A DNA stretch of 34,146 bases from a candidate division CPR2 bacterium GW2011_GWC2_39_10 (GTDB lineage Bacteria > Patescibacteriota > CPR2): contig LBVV01000012.1 in NCBI GenBank assembly GCA_000993275.1, positions 1 to 34,146 of the forward strand, read 5' to 3'. The notes beneath the pieces are model-generated. The model saw only the letters and a program-made list of their open reading frames with translations. It made no database searches and was not told the DNA's origin. Below are positions 1 to 8,219 of the stretch, piece by piece. Position 1 is the first letter of the stretch. Every line of letters starts with the position of its first letter. The position numbers and the translations under genes are program-made.

Positions 1-56
1 AGGACTGATCAATATTCACAGAGGTATTAAAAAAGAATTAAAGTTAAAGATTATTA

Positions 57-761
57 ATGAAATATTGGGGAAATAGCCTCACAAAAACCGCATTAAGCCT
101 TATAATGCTATTGATTGGAGACAAAATGGAAATATTAGAAGTTTTTGATTTAGATGGCAATCATATTGGGGAACAAGAAAGGAAATCTTTTTACGCAGAA
201 ACTAAAGCCGAATTTTTGGAAATGGGTAGGGTTTCAAGACAGGTAAAAACTATTCGGCTTATGCTTATGAACTCAGACGGTCGGATTTATGTCCAAAAAA
301 GAAGCAAACTAAAGAATGAAAATCCGGGTCTTTACGATAAAACGATTGGAGGCCATGTATCAAAAGGTCATTCATATGAGCTTACGGTAACAAAGGAATG
401 TGCCGAAGAGCTTGGATTTCCGGCAGCAGTTATGCCAAATGACCAATTTGTGCAGGCTGTTAGTAATACCGATCTAAATATTATTGGTCTTTTTAAAGAG
501 ATTGAAGTTGTTAATAGTTATTTATCAACAAGAATAAGCAAAGACGGTACTAGTTTTGCACAGTCATATTTAAGTGCTTTCTTTGTGGGTTATTATGATG
601 GTCCGATTAAATTCTCGGATGGTGAAAGCTCCGGAATCGAAGTGTTTTCAATGGACGAGCTCGAAGAAGATATTAAAAACAATCCACAAAAATACACTAA
701 AGATTTGATATATTTTATTTCTACATACAAAGAGTACTTAGTACCGATTAAGAAGAATTAA
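57..761 (+). CDS. NUDIX hydrolase. True start may be the internal Met at 126.
   Basis: Nudix box GGHVSKGHSYELTVTKECAEELG (GX5EX7REUXEEXGU-like). A rho-independent terminator follows at 807-838. Confidence 0.65.
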   Translation: MKYWGNSLTKTALSLIMLLIGDKMEILEVFDLDGNHIGEQERKSFYAETKAEFLEMGRVSRQVKTIRLMLMNSDGRIYVQKRSKLKNENPGLYDKTIGGHVSKGHSYELTVTKECAEELGFPAAVMPNDQFVQAVSNTDLNIIGLFKEIEVVNSYLSTRISKDGTSFAQSYLSAFFVGYYDGPIKFSDGESSGIEVFSMDELEEDIKNNPQKYTKDLIYFISTYKEYLVPIKKN

Positions 762-806
762 GCGAAGAAATAGTCGTTGAGCATTATGTCATCGGAAATG
801 AGTCAT

Positions 807-838
807 TTAAAAATCCCTCGTTAAGAGGGATTTTTTAC
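807..838 (+). terminator. Rho-independent terminator, AAATCCCT-loop-AGGGATTTTTT family
   Basis: Stem atccctc / gagggat, loop gttaa, T-run 831-836. Near-identical hairpins recur at 19162-19189 and 21325-21352. Confidence 0.6.
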
Positions 839-849
839 TTGTTCTTTGT

Positions 850-1038
850 TTATTTGGCAATCTTTGATTGCGTTTTGATGCATTTGGTGCAAGCTTTTAA
901 TTTTAAGGCAATATTTCCAACTTCAATAGTTGTTTTTTGCAAATTGGGTTGCCATCTTTTTTTAGTTTTTCGGTGGGAATGGCTGACAGCAAAACCGGAC
1001 TGAGAACCCTTACCGCAAATTTGACATAAATTGGCCAT
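850..1038 (-). CDS. rpmB: 50S ribosomal protein L28
   Basis: MANLCQICGKGSQSGFAVSHSHRKTKKRWQPNLQ is a typical L28 sequence. The second ATG at 1038 has GGAG six nt upstream, so it is preferred over the ATG at 1050. Confidence 0.85.
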   Translation of the reverse strand: MANLCQICGKGSQSGFAVSHSHRKTKKRWQPNLQKTTIEVGNIALKLKACTKCIKTQSKIAK

Positions 1039-1108
1039 ATAAAACTCCATAAATCATTGAATAAAATCGAATAAAATGATATCATAAAGAAGTTAAAAAG
1101 TCAACTAT

Positions 1109-1732
1109 ATGGAATTTAGTATTATATCTTTAATTTTAAGCATCATTGCTTTTTTGGTGGCCATCACTATTCATGAGTTTGCTCATGCTTGGACGGCTAA
1201 CTATTTAGGCGACAATACCGCCAAGCATGATGGTCGGGTTACTTTAAATCCCATTACGCATTTTGATCCAATTGGGTCTTCCATGATTTTAATTGGACTT
1301 GTTCTGCAGGCGTTTGGTATCAGCGCTACATTATTTGGTTGGGGCAAACCGGTTCCGGTTAACCCCGGGCGCTTTAAAAACCCCAGAACGGGCTGGGCGC
1401 TTGTATCTTTTGCCGGGCCTTTGTCCAACCTGGCTCTTGCCTTAGTTTTTAGTTTGGTCGTCAAAATGACCGGTAATTTAACCTTTGCCAATATTCTTGA
1501 ACCATTCATAATATTGAATGTTGTTCTTGCCGTATTTAACTTAATTCCTATCCCGCCCCTTGACGGCTCCAAAATCCTATATGCATTTTTGCCGGAAAGC
1601 GTTGATATTCATCAGCTGGAAACCGCCGGGCCATTTATTTTGCTCTTCCTAATTTTTACTGGTACTTTGCATACAATAATTTGGCCGGTAATTTCCATGG
1701 CAATGGGGCTGTTTGGGATTGGTACTATCTAA
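1109..1732 (+). CDS. Peptidase M50 (site-2 protease family) membrane metalloprotease
   Basis: HEFAHA zinc motif in the first TM helix, LDGSKIL motif later, several hydrophobic helices. Confidence 0.7.
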   Translation: MEFSIISLILSIIAFLVAITIHEFAHAWTANYLGDNTAKHDGRVTLNPITHFDPIGSSMILIGLVLQAFGISATLFGWGKPVPVNPGRFKNPRTGWALVSFAGPLSNLALALVFSLVVKMTGNLTFANILEPFIILNVVLAVFNLIPIPPLDGSKILYAFLPESVDIHQLETAGPFILLFLIFTGTLHTIIWPVISMAMGLFGIGTI

Positions 1733-1742
1733 CTTAATCTTC

Positions 1743-1818
1743 CGGGGTGTGGCGTAGTTGGTAGCGCGCTGGGCTGGGGGTCCAGAGGTCGCAGGTTCGA
1801 ATCCTGTCACCCCGACCA
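1743..1818 (+). tRNA. tRNA-Pro, anticodon GGG
   Basis: Manual cloverleaf. Acceptor CGGGGUG/CACCCCG, D-arm GCGU..GCGC, anticodon stem CUGGG/UCCAG with loop CUGGGGG, T-arm GCAGG-UUCGAAU-CCUGU, discriminator A and encoded CCA. Confidence 0.8.
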
Positions 1819-1865
1819 AATACAGGAACCAGTAATCAGGAAACAGCAAATTATAATCTGGAAAA

Positions 1866-3254
1866 TTATATTTCGCAGCCGTATTCTTTTAACAGTTTTT
1901 TCTTTAGGTCTTTAACGGGGATTCTTTCTTGATTCATGCTGTCTCGATCTCTTAGGGTAACCGTATCATTTTCTAGGGTATCAAAATCGATTGTAATGCA
2001 ATACGGGGTACCAATTTCATCCTGTCTTCGGTATCTTTTGCCGATGTTGCCGTTGTCGTCAAATTCGGTCATCATAATCGGCTTTAAGTCCTCATAAATT
2101 TCCCGGGCTTTTTTAACAAGTTCCGGTTTGTTTTTAAGAAGCGGGAAAACGGCGGCCTTAATTGGAGCCAATCTTTTGTCAATTTTTAAAACGGTCCGAG
2201 TTTCGCCGTTAACCGATTCTTCCGTATAGGCATTGTCTAAAAACATCAACAATATTCTGTTTAAGCCTGCAGATGTTTCCATAATATGAGGAATAAATCT
2301 TTCCTTGGTTTCTTCGTCCAAATAGTTAAGGTCGACGCCGGAAAACTTGGAATGCCTGGACAAGTCCCAATCTCCTCTGGCATGAATGCCTTCCACTTCC
2401 TTAAAGCCGCCAAGACTGGCAAAATTATATTCGACGTCATAAGCTTCCGAGGCGTAGTGGACCAATTTTTCATGTTTAGCCCAGCGGATTTTATCAGATG
2501 GGATTCCGTATTCTAAGTACCAATTCCATCTAAGCTCTTTCCACATTTCATAATTTTTCTTCATGTCTTCCGGTTTTAGGAAATACTGCATTTCCATTTG
2601 TTCAAATTCTCTGGTTCTAAAAATAAATTGTCTGGCCACAATTTCGTTTCTGAAGGCTTTTCCAATTTGAGCAACACCGAAGGGAAGTTTCGGGTGGAGG
2701 GTGTCTACGATATTTTTATATTCCAAATAAATGCCGCCGCAAGTTTCCGGCCTCAAATAAACCACATTTCCCTCGCTTAAAGCTTCGGTGGGGGAGCCAA
2801 GGTTGGATTTTACCATTAAGGAAAACCTCTTAGCTTTTGTAAGGTCAGTTGATCCGCAAGCGGCGCATTTTAATTTGCCTTGTTTTTTTAGCTCGTCTAA
2901 TTTCTCATTAACAAAATCAATTGTTTCTCTGTCGGCCATAATTCCATGATCTTCTAAGATATGGTCGGCTCGCATCCTTGCTTTGCATTTTTTACAGTCA
3001 ATTTGAGGGTCGTCAAAGCTTTCAACGTGGCCGGAGGCTATCCAAGTCCGCGGATTCATAAAAACGGCGCTGTCGAGTCCGTAAACGTCTTCTCTTAGCT
3101 GAACCATATGCTTCCACCAAGCATTTTTTATATTGTCCTTTAAAATTATGCCGTAATGGCCATAGTCGTAAATGGCTGACAAGCCGCCATAAATTTCTGA
3201 TGACGGGTAAACAAATGCTCTTCTTTTTGCGAAAGAAACAATTTTATCATACAT
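1866..3254 (-). CDS. glyQS: Glycine--tRNA ligase, dimeric class II (GlyQS type)
   Basis: 462 aa. N-terminus MYDKIVSFAKRRAFVYPSSEIYGGL...YDYGHYG and the C-terminal anticodon-binding region are typical of alpha2 GlyRS. Confidence 0.9.
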   Translation of the reverse strand: MYDKIVSFAKRRAFVYPSSEIYGGLSAIYDYGHYGIILKDNIKNAWWKHMVQLREDVYGLDSAVFMNPRTWIASGHVESFDDPQIDCKKCKARMRADHILEDHGIMADRETIDFVNEKLDELKKQGKLKCAACGSTDLTKAKRFSLMVKSNLGSPTEALSEGNVVYLRPETCGGIYLEYKNIVDTLHPKLPFGVAQIGKAFRNEIVARQFIFRTREFEQMEMQYFLKPEDMKKNYEMWKELRWNWYLEYGIPSDKIRWAKHEKLVHYASEAYDVEYNFASLGGFKEVEGIHARGDWDLSRHSKFSGVDLNYLDEETKERFIPHIMETSAGLNRILLMFLDNAYTEESVNGETRTVLKIDKRLAPIKAAVFPLLKNKPELVKKAREIYEDLKPIMMTEFDDNGNIGKRYRRQDEIGTPYCITIDFDTLENDTVTLRDRDSMNQERIPVKDLKKKLLKEYGCEI

Positions 3255-3320
3255 ATTGATATTAATTATAGCATATATTTTTAATTTTTAAAATTGCCAA
3301 AAGTGTAGTAAAATCAATGG

Positions 3321-3740
3321 ATGAATGAAGTAGAATTATTGGAAATATTTACAGATGGGGGAGCAAGAGGAAACCCGGGGCCTGCCGGTATTGGCGTGGT
3401 TTTTCGTGTTAAAGGCACAACCATTGCTTCTTTTAAGGAATATATTGGCGAAACCACTAATAATCAGGCGGAATACAAGGCCGTTTTGTTAGCCTTAAAG
3501 CATCTCAAAGATTTTCATTACAAGGCAGTTAATTTTTATTTGGATAGTCTGTTGGTCGTAAATCAGGTAAACGGCATTTATAAAGTTAAAAATGAGGAAT
3601 TAAGACCGTTGTACCAACAGATTAAAGACAATTTATTTTTCGAAAACGTTAAATTTCAGTATATCCCTCGGGAAAAAAATCAGGAGGCCGATAGATTAGT
3701 AAACCAGGCTATTGATGAGCATTTAAAAAACCAATCTTGA
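3321..3740 (+). CDS. rnhA: Ribonuclease HI family protein
   Basis: FTDGGARGNPGPAGIGVV RNase H fold N-terminus and a conserved ...EADRLVNQA C-terminus. Confidence 0.75.
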   Translation: MNEVELLEIFTDGGARGNPGPAGIGVVFRVKGTTIASFKEYIGETTNNQAEYKAVLLALKHLKDFHYKAVNFYLDSLLVVNQVNGIYKVKNEELRPLYQQIKDNLFFENVKFQYIPREKNQEADRLVNQAIDEHLKNQS

Positions 3741-3769
3741 CAAATTGTTAATAAAAGTATATTATATTT

Positions 3770-4290
3770 TTGCTTAGTCAGCTGGATGGTCGCCCAAACC
3801 CAATGCTTCGCATTGGAAGCACTAAATTCTAAATCACAAATTCTAAACAAATTCAAATGATCAAAAAACTAAAAAAATGTTTAGAGATTATAAATTAGGA
3901 TTTAGAATTTTCATTGCGTAGCAATGGTTAGGGGAGGAAAGTCCGGGCACCGTAGAGCAGGATGGTTCCTAACGGGAACCGGGAGTACATTGTTTGTGTT
4001 TGTTCTTAAGACAAATTTAAGCAATCAAGTCTAGGGAAAGTGCCACAGAAACAAAACCGCTCCGACTTTACGTCGGAGTAAGGGTGAAAAGTGAGGAAGT
4101 AAGACGCCTCTCTCGTCATGGTGACATGAACGAGTGGTAAACCCCATTCGGTGCAAGGCCGGTGGACTAATTAAACTAACTATCTGCTCGATAGGGTTTA
4201 GGCAGTCCGGCCGCATGAGGCTAATGGCAACATTAGTCCTAGATAGATGATCATTTAAACAGAACCCGGCTTATAGGCTGGCTGAGCAAC
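3770..4290 (+). ncRNA. rnpB: RNase P RNA (bacterial type A) with an atypical ~87-nt AT-rich insertion after P3
   Basis: P1 pairing ttgcttagtcagc (3770-3782) with gctggctgagcaa (4277-4289). P3 hairpin ccaatgc-UUCG-gcattgg. P4 5' strand GGAAAGTCCGGGCACC at ~3930. gtaaaccccattcggtgcaaggcc present. P4 3' strand ACAGAACCCGGCTTA at ~4256. Confidence 0.8.
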
Positions 4291-4292
4291 CT

Positions 4293-4325
4293 AAAAACCA
4301 CTCCCGAAGAGTGGTTTTTAGGTTT
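4293..4325 (+). terminator. Rho-independent terminator after rnpB
   Basis: aaaaaccactc-ccgaa-gagtggttttt perfect hairpin followed by a T-tract. Confidence 0.7.
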
Positions 4326-4379
4326 TGCTTCAGACTAAGAACTAAATATGCTAGTATTGGTATGATAAAAGGAGATGAA

Positions 4380-5456
4380 ATGATTAACAAAGAAAGGTTG
4401 ACCCAAAACTTTCTTAAGCTTGTTCAGATTGATAGTGAGTCAGGCGAGGAAGAAAATATTATTTCTTATTTAAAGGATGAGCTAAAAAGGTTAGGTTTTA
4501 ATTCCGAGATAGATAAAACGGGAAACCTTGTTGGCTGTAATTCTAATGAGCCAAAACTTTTATTACTAGCTCATGTTGATACTGTCAAACCCGGTAAGAA
4601 AATTAAGCCTATTGTAACCGAAGATGGAATTGTTAAAACTGATGGATCGACAATTTTGGGAGGTGATAATAAGAGTGGTATCGCAGCAATTTTAGAGATA
4701 TTAGAACAAATAAATGAAAATAATATAAAGGCTAATTTAGAAATTGCTTTCACGGTTCAAGAAGAGACCGGCCTTATAGGTTCGGCTAATCTTGATGTTT
4801 CCAAGATCAAATCAAAAAATGCCATTAATTTAGATGGTAAATTTGGTAATGTTGATTCTACCGAGCCAGCAATTATGCAATTCGATATAGTAATTAACGG
4901 CAAGGCAGCTCATGCTGGTCTGGCTCCAGAAAATGGCATAGACGCTGTCAAAATAGCTGCTAATGCTATTTCGGAGATGGAATTGGGGCGAATAGACGAT
5001 GAGACAACAGCCAATGTTGGATTAATAAAAGGTGGAGCGGCTAGAAATATTGTGCCGGAAAAGATAATTATTGAAGCAGAGGTTAGAAGTCGAAATGATG
5101 AGAAATTTAAGAAAGTATGTGAACATACTAAAAAAGTCTTTGAGACAGCAACTAAAGAGTACGGTGGTAAGATTGAGATAAATTGCATGCAAAGAAGCCG
5201 TATTTATTCATTGAGCAGAGATCAATATATTGTTGATGTTATTATCAAAAGTTTCCAGAAGAACGGTAGGGAAGCAAATTTTATTCCTAGTGGAGGCATC
5301 ACGGACGCAAATAACATGAATTATTTTGGAATCCAGTGTGTTACTGCGGGAGTTGGCGGTGAAAACATTCATTCCACGGAAGAAACTTTGAAGATTGATG
5401 ACTTGATATTGGGAACCCAAATTATTTATGATGCTGTGAAGGAGATCGCCATTTAA
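4380..5456 (+). CDS. M20 family metallopeptidase (PepT/ArgE-like)
   Basis: M20 motifs AHVDTV, GGDNKSG, QEETG and a late His (ENIHSTEE). Start moved to ATG 4380 (MINKERL), which has AAAGGAG upstream. The track start at 4311 lies inside the rnpB terminator. Confidence 0.7.
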   Translation: MINKERLTQNFLKLVQIDSESGEEENIISYLKDELKRLGFNSEIDKTGNLVGCNSNEPKLLLLAHVDTVKPGKKIKPIVTEDGIVKTDGSTILGGDNKSGIAAILEILEQINENNIKANLEIAFTVQEETGLIGSANLDVSKIKSKNAINLDGKFGNVDSTEPAIMQFDIVINGKAAHAGLAPENGIDAVKIAANAISEMELGRIDDETTANVGLIKGGAARNIVPEKIIIEAEVRSRNDEKFKKVCEHTKKVFETATKEYGGKIEINCMQRSRIYSLSRDQYIVDVIIKSFQKNGREANFIPSGGITDANNMNYFGIQCVTAGVGGENIHSTEETLKIDDLILGTQIIYDAVKEIAI

Positions 5457-5477
5457 TTTCTTATAGGGCTATTTATC

Positions 5478-5505
5478 AAAAAACCATCCATACGGATGGT
5501 TTTTA
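5478..5505. terminator. Bidirectional rho-independent terminator between convergent genes
   Basis: A-run, then ccatcc-atac-ggatgg, then T-run. Confidence 0.65.
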
Positions 5506-5525
5506 TATGTTTCCTGTTAACTGAT

Positions 5526-5726
5526 TTAGTGGCACCCACTACAGCCGCCGCATCCGCCAGACCCGCAGCCGTGTCCGGTTGATTTGGAGGAAAATGAACT
5601 TACGGCCACCTTAGTAATTTTTTTACTATTGCAAGAAGGACAAGCCGCTTTACCTTCGGAATTAGGGTGTATTAAAAGTTCAAAGTCTGCACAACACTCG
5701 CTGCAATGGTATTCAAAAAGAGGCAT
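5526..5726 (-). CDS. FmdB-family zinc-ribbon protein
   Basis: [16 protein letters not shown]...CPSCNS CxxC pairs and a Gly/Cys-rich tail. Its start overlaps the rplT stop in the sequence TAATG. Confidence 0.7.
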   Translation of the reverse strand: MPLFEYHCSECCADFELLIHPNSEGKAACPSCNSKKITKVAVSSFSSKSTGHGCGSGGCGGCSGCH

Positions 5727-6070
5727 TATTTTTTAATTTCCTTAACAACCGCTTCAAAGGCGTGAGGTTTTCTAACAGCAAGTTCGGCCAAAGTTTTTCT
5801 ATCTAACTTAATTCCCGCCTTTTTTAAGCCGCCAATAAATTTGCTGTAAGATAAGTCATAGCCCGTTAAAGCTGCATTTATTCTGGTGATCCAAAGGCTC
5901 CGAAAATCTCTTTTTCGCGTTTTTCGGTCACGATATTGGTAAGTCCATGCCTTAAGTAGGGCTTCTTTAGCCTTTTTTACGCTTGTTCTTCTAAGACCCT
6001 TCATGCCTTTAGTGGCTTTTAAAATTTTCTTATGTTTTCGTTTGGTAACGGTTCCGCGCTTAACTCTCAT
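5726..6070 (-). CDS. rplT: 50S ribosomal protein L20
   Basis: [22 protein letters not shown]... is the canonical L20 sequence. Confidence 0.9.
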   Translation of the reverse strand: MRVKRGTVTKRKHKKILKATKGMKGLRRTSVKKAKEALLKAWTYQYRDRKTRKRDFRSLWITRINAALTGYDLSYSKFIGGLKKAGIKLDRKTLAELAVRKPHAFEAVVKEIKK

Positions 6071-6073
6071 TAA

Positions 6074-6265
6074 TTATACTCCTAACATTTTCTTTACGTT
6101 CTTTTTATCACCCGCAGCTAAATCAGAAGACATGCCCAGCCTTCTTTTTCTATTGGCAGATTTCTTCTCTAAAAGATGACTTCTAAAAGGGCTTTTTTTA
6201 GTGATCTTTTTTCCGGTTATTTTAAATCTTTTTTTAGCGGCGCTTCGCACCTTTAACTTAGGCAA
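6074..6265 (-). CDS. rpmI: 50S ribosomal protein L35
   Basis: (M)PKLKVRSAAKKRFKITGKK is a typical L35 sequence. TTG start with a GGAGG Shine-Dalgarno. Confidence 0.85.
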   Translation of the reverse strand: MPKLKVRSAAKKRFKITGKKITKKSPFRSHLLEKKSANRKRRLGMSSDLAAGDKKNVKKMLGV

Positions 6266-6304
6266 TTATACCTCCTATAGATTAACCTTCCACTTTCTCC
6301 TTCT

Positions 6305-6352
6305 AGGGGGGGCCTGTCTCGTCACCAAGGCGGGCCAAGGCGGAGCGGGGTG
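6305..6352. repeat. GC-rich hairpin repeat, GCCTGTCTCG...CCAAGGCGGGC family, copy 1
   Basis: ggcctgtct-cgtcacca-aggcgggcc hairpin plus a second aaggcgg unit. Related copies at 15333-15366 and 33735-33787. Confidence 0.5.
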
Positions 6353-6383
6353 AGGTTTTTTCGTGTTTTAGTATTATGACAAA

Positions 6384-6890
6384 TTATTTTTTAGGTGTCA
6401 AGATTAAATTCATCTCGCGCCCCGCAGAACTAATAGGACCTTCTTTGTCTCCCTGATCTTTCACTTTATCAAAGAATTTTTCCATTACCACATTTCCGAG
6501 TTCTTTATGGACTATTTCTCGTCCCCGAAACATCAAAGAAAGCTTAACCTTGCTTCCTCTTTCTAAAAATTTAGCTGCATGATTTGCTTTGGTTATAAGA
6601 TCGTGTTCGCCAATTTTTAAACGTAGTCTAATGGTTTTTACCTCGGTGGTTCTTTGTTTTTTCTTTTGGCGTTCTTCTTGTTTTTTTATCTCGTAACGGT
6701 ATTTATCCCAATCTATCAGTTTGGCAACCGGCGGTTTTGCGGTAGGCGAAACTTCGACTAAATCATAACCTCTTTCGTCGGCAATTTGCTGGGCTTCCTT
6801 GGTTGCAATAACTCCTACTTGCTCACCTTTTTCATCTATGAGTCTGAGTTCCGGAACGTTTATGTGGTTGTTTATGCGGATTCTTTTTAT
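6384..6890 (-). CDS. infC: Translation initiation factor IF-3, non-AUG (ATA) start
   Basis: Manual minus-strand translation gives (I)KRIRINNHINVPELRLIDEKGEQVGVIATKEAQQIADERGYDLVEVSPTAKPPVAKLIDWDKYRYE..., a classic IF-3. AGGAG sits 7 nt upstream of ATA. An in-frame TAA lies 5 codons upstream with no ATG/GTG/TTG between, and a TATAAT -10 is upstream. Not in the ORF track. Confidence 0.8.
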   Translation of the reverse strand: MKRIRINNHINVPELRLIDEKGEQVGVIATKEAQQIADERGYDLVEVSPTAKPPVAKLIDWDKYRYEIKKQEERQKKKQRTTEVKTIRLRLKIGEHDLITKANHAAKFLERGSKVKLSLMFRGREIVHKELGNVVMEKFFDKVKDQGDKEGPISSAGREMNLILTPKK

Positions 6891-6949
6891 GTGAGTACTC
6901 CTTTAATTCTCCAAGATTATAGCAAAAAAAAGCCTTTTTGTAAACAAAA

Positions 6950-7798
6950 TTAGAAGATTGATCCCACTATGATTCTAATTTTTTTGTTTGCTATAGATAT
7001 TTCGGCCGGTGTTGCGCCAATATATTGGTCGTCGGCGGCTACCGAAATGTTGTTTGATTTAAGATAAATATGGTTGCCGTAAAGCGTTGAGTTGTGATTC
7101 GCTAAATAAGAAAGATCGCCGGTTTTTATAAATTTAATTTTTTCGGTCTTAGGAACGTTTTCTTGCAGACTAATCATGAACGCTTTGTCGCTTTTTTGAA
7201 AAGAAACATTTGTAATATGAATATTAATGCCCTTAAAGTCTCCTTTAATAGATTTGTCTATTTCAAAACGCATTGTAAACGGGTTAAAACTTTTAGAGTT
7301 TTTTAAAATCCCTAAATTATGCTTTACTTTGGACACAATTTGTTTTGGTGTTGATGGAAAATTTTTCCTAATATCAGCTTCAAGACCAATAGCAATTTTA
7401 TTTATAAAGTAACGGTTGCCACTTGCGGTGACAACTTCGCCGATATTTAGGCGGCGCGTTTTCCTGGCGGCCAGTATTTGACAGGCCTCCATCCAGTCGG
7501 GAATGCCCAAAGAAGAAGCTAAGGTATTAGTCTTGCCAACAGGGATTATGCCAAAAGCTGTTTTGTCGTTCGGCATATAATTTAAGACTTCATTGGCGGT
7601 GCTATCGCCACCTATGGCAACAATAGTGGAGTAGCCTTTTTTAATGCCAATTTCGGTAAGTTTGGGAATGTCTCCCGGTCCGGTACTTTTTACGAACTCA
7701 CCGGCAATACCCAAATTGCTTAAAATTCCTTTAAGCTTTTCTTGGATTTTGTTTATTTTGCCGTTTCCGGCAGACGGATTGATGATGTAATAATACAT
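6950..7798 (-). CDS. Diacylglycerol/lipid kinase family protein (DAGK_cat, YegS-like)
   Basis: IINPSAGNGK, GGDST(ANEV) (GGDGT-like) and further kinase motifs. Confidence 0.7.
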   Translation of the reverse strand: MYYYIINPSAGNGKINKIQEKLKGILSNLGIAGEFVKSTGPGDIPKLTEIGIKKGYSTIVAIGGDSTANEVLNYMPNDKTAFGIIPVGKTNTLASSLGIPDWMEACQILAARKTRRLNIGEVVTASGNRYFINKIAIGLEADIRKNFPSTPKQIVSKVKHNLGILKNSKSFNPFTMRFEIDKSIKGDFKGINIHITNVSFQKSDKAFMISLQENVPKTEKIKFIKTGDLSYLANHNSTLYGNHIYLKSNNISVAADDQYIGATPAEISIANKKIRIIVGSIF

Positions 7799-8217
7799 TA
7801 TTCAAAAAATGGTTTTATGTCATTATCTTTATTTTGGACTTCGGCGGCAGTTTTAAGCGGCGGTTCTTTGGTGCCTTTCATAGAGCTTTGTCCCTCGAAG
7901 AAGGCGCCGGCGTCAATGGAGAGCGAAGCGGATTTAATATTGCCTAGCACTTTGCCCGTTTGTGTTATTTCTACCGAGATTTCAGCATCTATATCGCCCT
8001 CGAGATTGCCGGATATTACGACGTTTTTGGCTTTAATGCCGGCACTGACAATTGCTCCGTGTCCAATAGTAACGGTGCTTTCCGAGTCGATATCGCCGGT
8101 TAGTTCACCGTCAATAACAATATCGTGTTGGCTTTTTAAATTGCCTTTTAGTTTTACCGTATGGCCGATTACGGTTTCTTGCGACCCCATCTTAAAAAAA
8201 TCATCTTTTTTTGCCAT
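7798..8217 (-). CDS. Bactofilin family cytoskeletal protein
   Basis: Repetitive beta-helical G-x-V/I-x-G pattern (IVIDGELTGDIDSESTVTIGHGAIVSAGIKAKNVVISGNLEGDID). Confidence 0.7.
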   Translation of the reverse strand: MAKKDDFFKMGSQETVIGHTVKLKGNLKSQHDIVIDGELTGDIDSESTVTIGHGAIVSAGIKAKNVVISGNLEGDIDAEISVEITQTGKVLGNIKSASLSIDAGAFFEGQSSMKGTKEPPLKTAAEVQNKDNDIKPFFE

Positions 8218-8219
8218 AT

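Noticed and set aside
1649-1849. 66-aa ORF on - strand
   Set aside because: It overlaps the tRNA-Pro gene and the 3' end of the M50 protease. It is an antisense artefact.
4031-4216. 61-aa ORF on - strand
   Set aside because: It lies inside the RNase P RNA gene.
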